Shown: positions 1 through 13,784 of the stretch, piece by piece
How positions within the stretch are numbered: position 1 is the stretch's first letter
How the letters are laid out: every line of letters begins with the position of its first letter
Assembly (NCBI GenBank): GCA_951406725.2
Contig: OX597816.1
Coordinates: 26,536,001 to 26,600,000, forward strand
DNA length: 64,000 bases
Reading direction: 5' to 3'
From: Octopus vulgaris
Lineage: Eukaryota
Translations under genes and position numbers: made by a program
The notes under the pieces: generated by a model
Databases searched by the model: none
What the model was told of the DNA's origin: nothing
What the model saw: only the letters and a program-made list of their open reading frames with translations

Positions 1-18
1 TAATAATAATAATAATAA

Positions 19-197
19 TCTTTTTTACTATAGGCACAAGGCCTGAAGTTTTGGGGATGAGGACTAGTCGATTACATCGACCTCAGTGTTTCATTGGTAC
101 TTAATTTATCGACCCCGAAAGGATGAAAGACCAAGTCAATCTCGACGGAATTTGAACTCGGAACTTAGCGTGCTAACGACACTGCCAGCTTGGTGCC
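19..197 (-). mobile_element. SINE family A copy (tail type ii, ends in (ATT)n)
   Basis: Reverse complement of the recurrent unit ...GAGTTCAAATTCCGCCGAGGTCGACTTTGCCTTTCATCCTTTCGGGGTCGATAAATTAAGTACCAG..., with a B-box-like GAGTTCAAATTC; about 20 copies in the window. Confidence 0.8.
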
Positions 198-206
198 TTG
201 ATAATC

Positions 207-262
<56 letters not shown>

Positions 263-264
<2 letters not shown>

Positions 265-1285
265 GAGCACTCGAAGAGCGCAAACCTCGCCAAGGCTATA
301 CCAACCACCTCCCAACAATTAGCCGGAGATGATTTTTAAAATGAGAACATCTGAAATAAACTCGACTGCTCTGACTAACGAGAATACCAAAAATGAACCC
401 GACCGCTCTCAAAAATTAAGTAAAAAAAAAACGGAAAAATAATCCAGAATCCTTGTCCGGTACCTGATCGATCCCAACGGTAGTCATACAATGTGAATGT
501 GGGTGTGCGGGTGGTGTTTGTAATGCTGTGTGAGTGTCATCTGCAGTGGGAACAGGGAGTGTTTTCTCCATGAAGGCCTTTTTCAGTCTCTCTACATTAA
601 GGTCAATAGTGAAAAATTTATCCATGAGTGAAAGAAAACGGAAAGGATCTGCATACGGTGCTGTTAACGGAGGTTTAACAACATCGTTGCGCACAAAAAT
701 GTAAGTCCAAGAATTAAAGCTTCCTTCAAGGCAGAGCTAGAAATGCAATTGTCAAGTAGGTAACAGGTTTTAAACAGGAGCGATATACTCGAAATTGGTA
801 AAACTAAAAATTGTTGAGAATAATTAAATTTATTATTGTTACTGAATATGTTAGTGTTGTTTAATTTCTGAACGGTTTTGCTGATGTTTGTTTATGTAGT
901 TTGATTTCTTTATCCATCAGTTTCTACTAAGATAGAGACGCGATTAAAATTAATAATTTTGAAACGAAAATAAAACTTTGGAATCAGCAATGTCGCCATA
1001 ACTTACGTGGAAACCATGAAGGTGCTTTCAAGGGAGATAATCAAAGAAAGACTTGAAAGTCAACGTAAGATCGTAATACATCATGTAAAGTAAATATAAC
1101 AAATAATCCAGGATCCTTGTCCGGTACGGGATCGATCCCAAAATCTAATCAGTTCGTGCCAGTCACAAGGCCAAACATCCCTGAAAGTTTCATCCGAATC
1201 CATCCAGCGGTTCTTGAGATATCTTGTCCACGGACAAACAAACAAACACGACTGAAAACAATACCCCTGCCTTTGCTAAGGCAGA

Positions 1286-1290
<5 letters not shown>
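263..1290. mobile_element. Non-autonomous Helentron/DINE-like element with internal insert
   Basis: 5' AAGAGCACTC..ACCTCGCCAAGGC; 3' (AAAC)n then terminal hairpin CCTGCCTT-TGCT-AAGGCAGAGG-TAAT; sits in (TAA)n; 41-bp internal direct repeat at 437-477 and 1101-1141. Confidence 0.6.
545..720 (-). pseudogene. Ty3/Gypsy integrase C-terminal (GPY/F-region) fragment
   Basis: Translation LNSWTYIFVRNDVVKPPLTAPYADPFRFLSLMDKFFTIDLNVERLKKAFME resembles the Gypsy integrase consensus VFVRxDxVxxPLxxPYxGPF...DRLK. Confidence 0.65.
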
Positions 1291-1367
<77 letters not shown>

Positions 1368-1399
1368 GCAACAACAACAACAACAACAACAATAATAAT

Positions 1400-1617
1400 A
1401 ATCCTTTCTACTAGAGGCACAAGGCCTGAAATTTTAGGGAGGGGGGACCAGTCAATTAGATCGACCCCAGTACGCAAATGGTACTTAATTTATCGACCCC
1501 GAAAGGATGAAAGGCAAAGACGACCCCGGCGGAATTTGAACTCAGAACATAGAGACGGGCGAAATACTGCTAAGCATTTCGTCCAGCGCGCTAACGATTC
1601 TGTCAGCTCACCGCCTT
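1400..1617 (-). mobile_element. SINE family A copy (tail ii)
   Basis: Near full-length match to the other family A copies; (AAT)n tail to the left. Confidence 0.85.
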
Positions 1618-1637
1618 GATAATAATAATAATAATAA

Positions 1638-2030
1638 TTACTCTTTACTCTTTTACTCTTTTACTTGTTTCAGTCATTTGACAGTGACCATGCTGGAGCA
1701 CCGCCTTTAGTCAAGCAAATCGACCCCAGGACTTATTATTTATAAGCCTAGTACTTATTCTATAGGTCTCTTTTGCCGAACATACCAGCATCGGTTGTCA
1801 AGTGATGTTGGGAGGACAAACACAGACACACAAACACACACACATATATACATATACATATATACGACGGGCTTTTTTCAGTTTTCGTCTACCAAATACA
1901 CTCACAACGCTTTGGTCGGCCCGAGACTATAGTAGAGGACACTTGCCCAAGATGCCACGATGTGGGCCTGAGCCCGGAACTATGCGGTTGGTAAGCAAGC
2001 TACTTACCACACAGTCACTCCTGCGCCTAT
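1638..2030 (-). mobile_element. SINE family B copy (tRNA-like head, CORE-like ACCTTGGGCAAGT, (AGTAAAAG)n tail)
   Basis: Reverse complement of GGCGCAGGAGTGGCTGTGTGGTAAG...GGTTCAGTCCC...TGACTGAAACAAGTAAAAGAGTAA; about 15 copies in the window. Confidence 0.85.
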
Positions 2031-2031
2031 C

Positions 2032-2097
<66 letters not shown>

Positions 2098-3685
2098 TAA
2101 TATCTATAATGATATAGCCGCTTGGCCTCATGGATAAAAAAGAAGATAAATCATTAGATTAATAATCGCTGTCAAGTATTTAATATTTAGTTTTGCCACC
2201 ATAATATATTACTGAGTATATTAAAGGTTTACAAGTCAATACTCTGTGTTAGCAGTGCGATATTCTCACTTTAAATTTTATCTCTATAGATATTCTGGTA
2301 ATCTAGAAATTCTGTACAGATAAACCTAAAAGCATTAGATTAATACAAGCACTTGAAAAAGCGGTGTATTAAATACTAGTACATATAACATTTATAATGT
2401 ATGTACAACCCTTGAATGGCACCAGCTGTAAGATCTTGCTTATGTGGAAAATTTTCTGAGATACCTATATCTTGAAAAGCACAAAACAAGTTCATTACTA
2501 AGCATTGTGTTTCAACCTGATTTGTTTTCCTCAGTGACGAATACCCTACATGTTCTGAGCTAAGCCGAAAATGCTTGTTCCGACCTAGAAATCAGTAAAC
2601 AAAATCTTTATTAAATACTATACGCAGTTGAAACATCCTTTGATTAAAATGCCTTTCTGTATAACATAAATAATGCATATATAAGTATGGAATGACAATA
2701 GCTGTAGTATATTGTCTGAGATAAACTTCTCAAAGAGACTTAAAACAGTACTAATAGTAATAAGCATTATTTGCTCAAGGTCACAAATGACGATTGAATG
2801 AAAAGCCTTCAGTTGAATGGAGCATATTTAATGGATCTCGTGCGCCCAATGTTTGAATAAGTAATTTATCAAAGGGAGATAATTTCAAATTTGCTTGATG
2901 TTTATTGTTTTCTTAAAACGTGACCAAATTTTACGACCCTCGGCTCTTCGGAGTTTTCTCAGCAGGTCATGTAAGAAATCAAATATTTGCATCACTGATA
3001 TAGTTTCTAAGTGGTGTCTCGATAGTTGTGTCAAAAATTGTAGGCAAATTTTCCTTGCATCACAATCCATGGAAATGACATATCAGATAATTTAATCCTA
3101 GATGGACTATACAGAATAAAATTACGAAGTGCCTACTGCTGGAAAATGTTTGATTAAATATTTGCTCGTTATGATTTGACTTTAGGTTCGCTTTACATTT
3201 TGAAATATTTATGGCAAGTAATAAAAACACCTCGCCTTATATCCTACATAAAAAACCTCTATCATTCAAGATGCTTCTTCACATTATGCGCAGACCCGCT
3301 CACGATTTTTGCGTTCTGACGGTAATGGTTGCGACAACACTGAGGCCAAGCTATAGCGGCCCAAGTCAGCGACACTTCTCTTGGATAAACATCGCTGACG
3401 AGGAGAAGGAAGACTGCTAGTCTTATAAAAATTAATGATGGTTTCTAATTTTGGCTCAAGACCCTCAGTTTTGGGGGAACAGTAGGTCGATTGCATCGAC
3501 CCCAGTACGCAGCGGGTATTTAATTTATCGAATCCAAAATGATACAAAGGCAAAGTCGACCTCAGAAAGTAAGGACAGACAAAATGCCACTAAGCATTTT
3601 GCCTAGTGCGGTAACTATTCTGCCAGCTCGCTGCCTTAACAACAACAACAACAACAACAACAACAAAACAACAACAACAACAATA

Positions 3686-3746
<61 letters not shown>

Positions 3747-3791
3747 TGATAATAATAATAATAATAATAATAATCGCATGGACGGTAGACG

Positions 3792-3866
<75 letters not shown>

Positions 3867-3868
<2 letters not shown>

Positions 3869-4977
3869 CGCATGGACGGTAGACGAATTAAACAGCTTAG
3901 ACAGAAAAACAAGGAAGTTGCTAACTAGATATGGGTCACTCCACCCAAAAAGTGATACAGGCAAACTGCATGTACCAAAAAAAAGAGGGGGAAGAGGACT
4001 TATTGAATGTGAACACAGCGTTAGAGCAGAAGAAAAATAGCATGGTATGTAAAAATGCCACAGAACCGCTATTATTAGGCTTGTGTAGGATGAAAGATTG
4101 CAAAGATAAAGCACTATACAAGAAATTGAAAACGAATGAAACTGGGTAAAGAAAAGAATGCATGGTCAATTTCATAGGGATGTTGAAGATAAGAGAGACA
4201 GAGAAGATGACAGAGAAAAAAGATGGCTGTGGATGACTAAAAGTGATTTAAAACCGGAAACGGAGACTCTAATATATGCTGCCCAAGAGCAAGCACTAAG
4301 AACAAAACTACATAAAATAAGAATAGACAACACAGCAGAAAGTGACAAGTGCAGAGTCTGTGGACAAAACGGTGAAACTCTTTGGCATATTACCAGCCAA
4401 TGTACGCCACTAGCCCAGAAGAAATATAAGAGACGTCACGACAATATAGCCAGGCTTGTTCATTGGACACTCTGCAACAAGTATGGACTTGACAGAGCAA
4501 AAAATTGGTACGACCACAAACCTGAAGGCATCGTCGAAAATAGAAATGCAAAGATCCTATGGGATTTTACAATTCAGTGCGACCATGAGATAGAGAATAG
4601 GAAGCCGGACATAGTCTTAATTGAGAAAGAAAAACTATGCTGGATCATAGATATAGCATGCCCGGCTGACAACAAGGTATGCGATAAGGAAGAAAGAAAA
4701 GTTGAAAGATACGACAGGTTAGCTTGGAAAGTTAAGCAGTTGTGGTCGATGAAAAAGGTAGCTGTAGTACCAATAATTGTCGAAGCGCTGGGAACAGTGA
4801 GCAAAAATCTCCAAAAGTACGTGAAACAAATAGGAGCAGCAATAAGGGTGGGGCACTTGCAGAAAACAGCATTGCTTGGAACCGCTCGAATACTCCGGAA
4901 GGTGCTCGAAAAATAAGGGGTGTTACCTTAGTTCGCTGGTAGTGAACAGCTGAGACCGTGGTACATCTCCAGGCAAT
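3867..4977 (+). mobile_element. 5'-truncated R4/Dong-like non-LTR retrotransposon (RT C-terminus, CCHC knuckle, RLE endonuclease) in (TAA)n
   Basis: IAWTVDELKQLDRKTRKLLT; ORF 4158-4916 contains AAQEQALRT, CRVCGQNGETLWHITSQC, YKRRHDN, ILWDFTIQCDHEIENRKPDIV..IIDIACP and LQKTALLGTARILRKVL; (TAA)/(CAA) repeats on both sides; upstream stops and frameshifts. Confidence 0.9.
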
Positions 4978-5063
4978 AACAACAACAACAACAACAACAA
5001 CAACAATAATAATAATAATGATGATGATGATGATGATGATGATAACAATAATAATAATAATAA

Positions 5064-5261
5064 AATCTTTTCTACTGAAGTAACAAAGCCTGTAATTTGG
5101 TGGGGAGGGGACTAATTGATTACATCGACCCTAGTGTTTCACTGGTACTTAATTTATTGAACCCGAAACGATGAAAAACAAAGTCGACCTCGGTGGAATT
5201 TGAACTCAGAACATAAAACCGGACGAAATTACACTAAGCATTTCGTCCGGATCGTTGCCTT
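5064..5261 (-). mobile_element. SINE family A copy (tail ii)
   Basis: Similarity to other family A copies; a more degenerate copy lies at 3440-3637. Confidence 0.8.
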
Positions 5262-5283
5262 AATTATAATAATAATAGCAATG

Positions 5284-5359
<76 letters not shown>

Positions 5360-6544
5360 CAACAACAACAATAACAAAATGAGGAATGTACTTCTTAAAC
5401 AGCCATATCTTTCACCAGATTCCACTCGATCGCTCGTATTGCATTCTGCTTAAGATGGCGGCTAGATTTCCTTAAAATCAACTTTAACGTCTTAAAAACA
5501 GCAACAAAATGAAATAGAACAATTCAATTACGGATGTTTATTGGGGCATAATACTAAGCTAATATAAAAGGCACTGCCATAGCAGTGTGACTAATAAGCA
5601 TACTTCGTAACTACGTGGTTTCAGGTTCCCTCACATTGCATGACACCATGGGCAAGTGTCTTCTGTTATAGCCTCGAGCCGACCAATACGTTTGTCAGTA
5701 AGTTAATGGCGGTAATTGCGTGAAAGCTCATCGTATTTTGTGTAACCGTGCATTATTACACCATATAAATACATACACTCGCGCATGCATACATACACAC
5801 ATATATATATTTTAATTAATTTTATTTCTATGTTTTGGTTCATGTTTTTCATTGATTTGCCTAATAGTGGTTTTATCTCTAATTTAATTTATATATATAT
5901 ATATATATTGGTCTGCCCGCTTAGCCAGCGGGGTGGCATCATTTGAAGGCTAAAACAATACGAAGGGCACTGTGACCAGCGATGTGTAGCAACATCTGAT
6001 AGCCTGGTCGGTCACGGTGATCTCGGTGATATATATATATATATATAATAGGTGTATGTATGTATGTATGTATGTATGTATGTATGTATGTATGTATGTA
6101 CGTACGTACGTATGTATGTATGTATGTATGTATGTATGTATGTATGTAGGTAGGTATGTAGGTATGTATGTGACAGTTTATCTAACCGTTTGAGAAACGG
6201 CGTAAATTTGTTAGTGTGCCTGTACCATAGTAATTTGGCGAAGAACAGATTGATAGAATAGGAATCAGTACCAGCACATATTTAAAGTTTAAACCCATTC
6301 GTGGCACTGCTCCAGCAGAGCCACACACCACTGAGTGAAAGAGTACAAAGAATAAGAGAATTAAAGTCTTAAATCTATTTCAGATATGTATGTGTGCATA
6401 TACATGTGTGTGTGTGTGTTTATACCATATAATATAATATAAAATATATATGAATAAAGGATATAAAAATAGATTATATATACATATGTATATACATATA
6501 TATACATATACATATTTACATTTATATACATATTTATGTATATA

Positions 6545-6596
<52 letters not shown>

Positions 6597-6629
6597 TGTG
6601 TGTGTGTGTTAAAAACACTAAATATGTCA

Positions 6630-6815
6630 ATCTTTTTTTGGAGCTGCATCCCGAAGTACATATATATAATTATAAGAAATAGTATGTTAACATTGCGCTG
6701 AAGAGCCCTTCTGGATAGAAAAGTCGGAGACTCATCCAAAAGGGTTTTGCAACGCAATCTTTACATGCTAACATTTATACTTTTTTATGTAATTCGAGAT
6801 CCAATTCTAAAAAGG
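6630..6815. repeat. Old imperfect inverted repeat (fold-back element)
   Basis: 6630-6717 aligns by eye with the reverse complement of 6734-6815 (e.g. CATTGCG..GCCCTTCTGGAT / ATCCAAAAGGG..CGCAAT). Confidence 0.65.
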
Positions 6816-6877
6816 AATTATTCCATACACTGTCGAAAATTTATAAGTTCCTATGACTTCAACAACAATAATATATG

Positions 6878-7178
6878 TATCACCGTGACCGACCAGGCTC
6901 TCAGATGTTGCTACACATCGCTGGTCACAATGCGCTTCGCATTGTTTTAGCCTTCAAATGACGCCACCCTCCTGGCTAAGCGAGCAGGCCAACAGATGAA
7001 AGAGAGAAAGTTGTGGAGAAAGAGTACAGCAGGGATCTCTATCACACCCTGCCGAAGCCTCGTGGAGCTTTAGGTGTTTTCGCTCAATAAACACTCACAA
7101 CGCCCAGTCTGGGATTCGAAACCGCGATCCTACGACCGCTAGTCCGCTGCCCTGACCACGGAGCCATTGCCCCTTCAC
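6878..7178 (-). mobile_element. SINE family C (tRNA-Arg-like head), tail 1
   Basis: Reverse complement of the head GGAGGCGCAATGGCCCAGTGGTTAGGGCAGCGGACTCGCGGTCGTAGGATCGCGGTTTCGATTCC; the same tail occurs alone at 5908-6030 (+). Confidence 0.8.
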
Positions 7179-7205
7179 ACTGTATAATTGTTTAACAAAA
7201 GTAAT

Positions 7206-7298
7206 ATTGATTATGACTTCGAAGTTTGAGCCTCTTCAGCCATCATCGGACAGTCTGATGAGAGCTTAGCAGGTTGAAAACCCGAAGTCACCATCAAT
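7206..7298. repeat. Short palindrome of two back-to-back degenerate hammerhead-like motifs
   Basis: 45-bp arms around CAG; right arm CTGATGA..GAAAACCCGAAGTC; left arm on the minus strand CCGATGA..CAAACTTCGAAGTC. Confidence 0.55.
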
Positions 7299-7404
7299 GC
7301 TTTTTTTCTTTTTATATATATATTCTACAAAATAAATTATTGAGTAATTCTTCAGTTGAACGTGAAATTATTATTATAACCCAACATAAAAACAAACATT
7401 GATG

Positions 7405-7472
<68 letters not shown>

Positions 7473-8038
7473 ACATTCACCATGAATTTATATAGTGATA
7501 TACAAAAATAACCCACTTCGACGTCATATTTCAAAGATTTAAGTAGAATGAACCACACAAATAACGTGAAATATTTCTCTAGAAGGCTTTTTATTATGTA
7601 TTCATTATTTTTTTCATGATCGTATTTTTTTGTTTGATTTTGTTATTTATTAGTTTCTTTTTATTTTTATTTTTTTACCCATTTTGTTTTCATGCTTCGT
7701 TGCAACTAATTTTCACGCGGTTACTCACAATTTTTTCGTTATTATTATCTTTTGTGCGCTTTTTAATAATATCGCTTGTTTCGTTTGATCAGACAATGAA
7801 ACGAGCAATATTCTCGTTGTCTTTTTTATTTCGTTTTTGTTTTTCGTTTTTTTTTTTTGCTTTTCTGTTATTGTTTTTCTTGATTGTTATTGTTTTGCTT
7901 AATATTTGCTTGCTTGTTTTTAGTTACTATTGTTGGTGTTTTGCTTTTTTTTACTTTTTTTGTATCTTACAGTGCCTTGGTAGTGCAAACTATATATATA
8001 TATATGCATATATATATGCATATATATATGTACATATA

Positions 8039-8108
<70 letters not shown>

Positions 8109-8216
8109 GGGAGATTTGGCTGCTATTGCTAACAGGTCAAGCCATTATATAGTAAATATTCTATTGGGTCGTGTTGAGTGGGGTTTTAATGTGTGTGTAT
8201 AAATATATATATACGT

Positions 8217-8261
<45 letters not shown>

Positions 8262-9187
8262 TATATGTATTTATATGTATATATATATGTATGTGTGTGT
8301 ATGAATATGTGTACATACATCTATATATACATATACTATATGTATTTATGCATATATACATGCACACACACGCACGTACATACATATATGCATACAAACA
8401 AACATCAAACCCACCTAACATAAGATCATCAACCGAACCCTTTAACCTGTTAAAGATAGCAACCAAATCTCCCTTAAATTACAGATTACCGTCTTAAAAT
8501 ATACACAAACTGGATAATATACGCCCATGTATAACGTGTGAAAAAATATTGGACAACGTAGTGCTAGGTATACTACGACACGACTAAGGATGAAGTATAC
8601 CCGAAATAATGTATAATACCTGAGTAATGTGATATAGTTTATCTAAAGGTCACATCATATAATGTAATCCTAGACACACTTATGTCTCAACGATACATTA
8701 TGCTGTGTAGTCCTAGATACACTCTATCTGAAGAATAGCTTTGATAAAGTTCTAGAAACGTTGTCTAAATAAAAATCGGTGTGGTGTACTCACGGCTGGA
8801 ACGCCTTTAATCACAGGTCTGTTTAAGATCATGACTGACCTGGGGCTAAACAACAAGTACCACAAGAATATAAACCCCACACTAAACACACATAAATGCA
8901 TGCGTATATTACAACTCAAAATGTTTCATTCATATATGTACATTTATATATATGTATATATATGCACACATACATATATACATATATTCATATATATGTT
9001 GTTAATCTATATATTATATACATTTTTATGTTAATGTTATATTGTATACAATATATGTTTATAAATACAAAGTGGCCAGTAAGCATAATTGTATTCCTGT
9101 TTCTCTCTTCTTAATGTCGTGTTAATATTTGTGTGACATTAATTTCTGTGCATGAACAGTTAGTAAACTGTACTATTCTCCTTTCTG

Positions 9188-9231
<44 letters not shown>

Positions 9232-9376
9232 GAGTAGTTGAATGAATTATCTTATCCGGTTAACCGATACCTGGGTAGCAAATTCACGTCAGAAAAACAC
9301 GGCTGAAGCTACATGCCTAGGGCAGAGATCACGTGTTATCGTGTGGAAATTTGTGTGTGTTTTTTTTTAAATACAA

Positions 9377-9592
9377 ATAAATGAAAGAATGGAGTTGAAC
9401 GACGAATTAACAAAATTCCTTTACTTTATTTTCAACATATGTTTCGAAGGCTGCATATTCCTAATTTCGAAGGAATAAGGGGTGCATTATGCCGCCTTAT
9501 TCCTTCGAAATTAGGAATATGCAGCCTTCGAAACATATGTCGAAAATAAAGTAAAGGAATTTTGTTAATTCGTCGTTTAACTCCATTCTTTC

Positions 9593-9598
<6 letters not shown>
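9377..9598. repeat. Near-perfect inverted repeat (about 104-bp arms, 14-bp spacer), probably PLE-terminus derived
   Basis: Arms 9377-9480 and 9495-9598; outward-facing GAAACATATGTC followed by AATAAA; abuts (TA)n. Confidence 0.85.
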
Positions 9599-9644
<46 letters not shown>

Positions 9645-9648
<4 letters not shown>

Positions 9649-10050
9649 TTAATTATTAGGGTTCAGCAAAGATTTGCTTTACCACATACCGAAGTTTAGA
9701 AATAGCAGCCAAAAAACCTTAGCTATTTCTTCTACTTTAAAAAAAGGGATTCTCAGAAAAACCAAAATACTTGAAAACAGATATAGATTGATTTTCGTTA
9801 TTTTTCCTCTTTGCCTGCGTGGATTGCTTTCAAGTATTTTGGTTTATCTGGGAGTCCCTTTTTTAAAGTAGAAGAAATAGCTAAGGTTTTCTGGCTGCTA
9901 TTTCTAAACTTCGGTACGTGGTAAAGCAAATTTTTGCTGAACCCTAATTATAAAGTATTACTTAAGTTTACCGTGAAATGGTCCTTTTTCATGCCGAATT
10001 CTACTTGGTGAAATTATTGATTACTTCTTAATTAATTAATTTTACCCTTT
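9645..10050. repeat. Inverted repeat (about 130-bp arms) with an asymmetric 90-bp extension, between (TA)n tracts
   Basis: Arms 9645-9777 and 9828-9958; a diverged copy of the right part occurs inverted at 34998-35190. Confidence 0.85.
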
Positions 10051-10060
10051 GTTATATATA

Positions 10061-10173
<113 letters not shown>

Positions 10174-10224
10174 GTGTGTATATGTATATATATATATATA
10201 TGTATGTATATATATATATATATG

Positions 10225-10290
<66 letters not shown>

Positions 10291-10530
10291 GTAATGAGCT
10301 TAAAAAGAAGACAACACGGGAGGGAGAAATCTTAGTAAATGTTGAATTAGTTTAACGCTTAAAAAGGAAGTTTTGACGTTTCAGTCGTTAGAGCTTCATC
10401 AAACAAATCGGACACAATTTTTATTAAAGTTTGTCACTCCCGTATTGTTTTCTTCCATATGTGTTCATTGCCTTCCTAATATATATGTGTGTTTGTGTAA
10501 GTATGCATATATGTGTGGTGTATGTAACTA

Positions 10531-10582
<52 letters not shown>

Positions 10583-10626
10583 TAGTTACATACACCACAC
10601 ATATATGCATACTTATGCATATATAC

Positions 10627-10689
<63 letters not shown>

Positions 10690-10706
10690 TACCTGTATAT
10701 ACGTGT

Positions 10707-10767
<61 letters not shown>

Positions 10768-11365
10768 ATGTATGTATGTTTGTATCTATCTATCTGTCTA
10801 TGAATCACATTACACATTCAACATCCCGTCTTGTTACCCATCAAGGTTCATATGTCAAACGACCGACATGCGATGTGTTTATACATAGAGTTCGATCAGT
10901 CCTACCCTAAAACTGCTGCTTATATCCGCAATGTGATCATCTAGCTGCCGATGTGAAAATCAGTTTTTGATTGATATACGAAGGCAGAGCCGCTATTAAT
11001 GATCTTCACCAAAAATCTACACTTTATTTGTTACAGAAAGTTTTATGCTTTTCTTACCAAACCACAGCGAAAAAACGCTTCCTTTGTTTCGATTAAGAAC
11101 TGAAGAATTTTTAACTTTTATTATTGAGTAATTATTTGGAACATTAGCTGATATGAAATTTCGATGACAGGTTTTAGTTTAGATCACTTTAGAATTGGGA
11201 TCATGCATCCAACAGCGCTTCAAAATTAGTGTCTTATATCAAGTGGGTTAATATCTGAAGAACGGGCTAAGTAGTAATCGAAGGGCCCATAGCAAAGAAG
11301 CTAACATGTCAAGTACAGGCATATGAATGCAATAAGAAGGGGTCAAAGATATGCAGTGATATACA

Positions 11366-11790
11366 TAGGCGTAGGAGTGGCTGTGTAGTAAGTAGTTTGC
11401 TTACCAATCAAATGGTTCCGGGTTCAGTCCCACTGTGTTGCACCTTGGGCAAGTGTCTTCTACTATAGCCTCGGGCCGGCCAAAGCCTTGAGTGGATTTG
11501 GTAGACGGAAACTGGGAAAAGCCCGTCGTATATATGCATATATATGAGAGTGTGTGTGTGTATGTGTGTGTGTGTGTTCGTGTGTCCGTGTTTGCCCCCC
11601 CCCCCCCCCAACAATAGCTTGACAACCGATGCTGCTGTGTTTACGTCCCCGTAACTTACTAGTTCGGCAAAAGTGACCGATAGAATGAGTACTAGGCTTA
11701 CAAAGAATAAGTCCTATGGTCGATTTGCTCGACTAAAGGCTGTGCTCCAGCATGGCCACAGTCAATTGACTGAAACAAGTAAAAGAAAGT
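11366..11790 (+). mobile_element. SINE family B, full length
   Basis: Head, internal (TA)/(TG) tract and tail are all present. Confidence 0.9.
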
Positions 11791-12933
11791 ATATGGAAGA
11801 TCCTAGAAGATCTAACTCTCACCTCAGGGACTAAAATCTATACCGAACATTGAACTGAATATGGCCCCAGCCTCTGGTTGAAATCAGTAAAATATAAAAT
11901 ATAAAAGATATGCATTGAATGCTTTGTTTGGGGATTTTGTTAACAAGCCCGTTATAAATTTTGTAGTTATATTTCAAGGTGGTTGTGTCTGTGCATATTT
12001 GTGTTTGAAAAGTTTTTTATAACTAGTATTAAAATTTGTTAGATATAATGATATACGTGGTTATTATGGGAAGGGACTGATGAGATATACTTTTGTTAAT
12101 ATTGTTTGAAAGTATTATACAAATTTTACAGTGAATGGATGGTTTCGCTAACAGTATACTTCAAGATTCCGTTGTTAAAATTCGTGTAAAACGTTGGATC
12201 AAGTAACGATAGGCATGCAGAAAATTAATTCGGTTTATCGGCACAATGAAAATTTATTTAACCACGCATAGACTATAGAATTAGCTGAATTGTTTGTAAA
12301 CGTTAGCTGGTTCTATTAGACAACATTAAAAATTGTAGTTTACATTGTAGTTTTTGAAAGACCAAAGATAGATCGTTTGGTTAGAGTCGATTCGTCTCCG
12401 TAAATGTCAGAAAGAGTAATCATGTTGGTGACATCTGAGTTTAAATGTATTTGCGATTAATCTGATATAAGCTAAACCGTTCTGATTAATGTGAGATGTT
12501 ACTGTTGCTATGTAGATAGCTTTTAAAACATTTGATTGATGTTAAATTTGACTGCGGCTTTCTTTTTTATTTTCCTCAGAAAATATATAAATGATTAACA
12601 ATCCCTCACGAAATAAATATTATCTACAATCACTAAATAAACCTGACTTTTAATAATATTAAGATCATTGTAAGTTAAAGAAGTTTTTAGAGATCTCTCA
12701 CGTTTTTTGAGATTGATGTAAAATATCTGTATGTATATGTGTATATACATACATGCATACACACACACACATATATACACCTACACATGCATATATGTAC
12801 ATATATACTTATATACATGTATGTACATGTATATATACATGTTATATATATATATATGTATATATATCCGTACATATGTATATATATATATATATGAATA
12901 CATATATATATATAAATGAATATGTATACATAC

Positions 12934-13043
<110 letters not shown>

Positions 13044-13049
13044 GGATAT

Positions 13050-13090
<41 letters not shown>

Positions 13091-13125
13091 AGCATTTGTA
13101 TATATGCTCTCTTTCTCTCTCTCTA

Positions 13126-13186
<61 letters not shown>

Positions 13187-13526
13187 GATGAGAAAATACC
13201 ACGACTCGATACTGAACGCGAATATCACGGAGACTATTCTCAATAGAAAATCACAATAGCAAAGAAAAATACTTCACGTACTTAAAGGGCGCACACATAT
13301 TCACATACACACACTTTCAAGCACTTACATACACATACACATACACATACACACATACACACACACCCACATCTGTGATTGGCTGTGCTGTGAAAGCATG
13401 GCGTAGAAATAAGACAATGCGACAAATGAAACAACAACAGCAATAACGACAACAACAAGAATGATAATGGTAATGGTAACAACAACAATAACAATAACAA
13501 CAACAACAATAACAATAATAATAACA

Positions 13527-13617
<91 letters not shown>

Positions 13618-13624
13618 TAATAAT

Positions 13625-13657
<33 letters not shown>

Positions 13658-13702
13658 AATAATAATAATAATAATAATGATAATAATAATAATAATAATA
13701 AC

Positions 13703-13776
<74 letters not shown>

Positions 13777-13784
13777 GATAAATA

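Noticed and set aside
2100-3200. Possible very old PLE RT relic on the minus strand
   Set aside because: Only vague motif echoes; cannot be supported without a profile search
6698-6730. CTGAAGA...GAAAAGTC
   Set aside because: No stem I and a poor stem II
12077-12115. CTGATGA...GAAA
   Set aside because: Stems I and II cannot be formed
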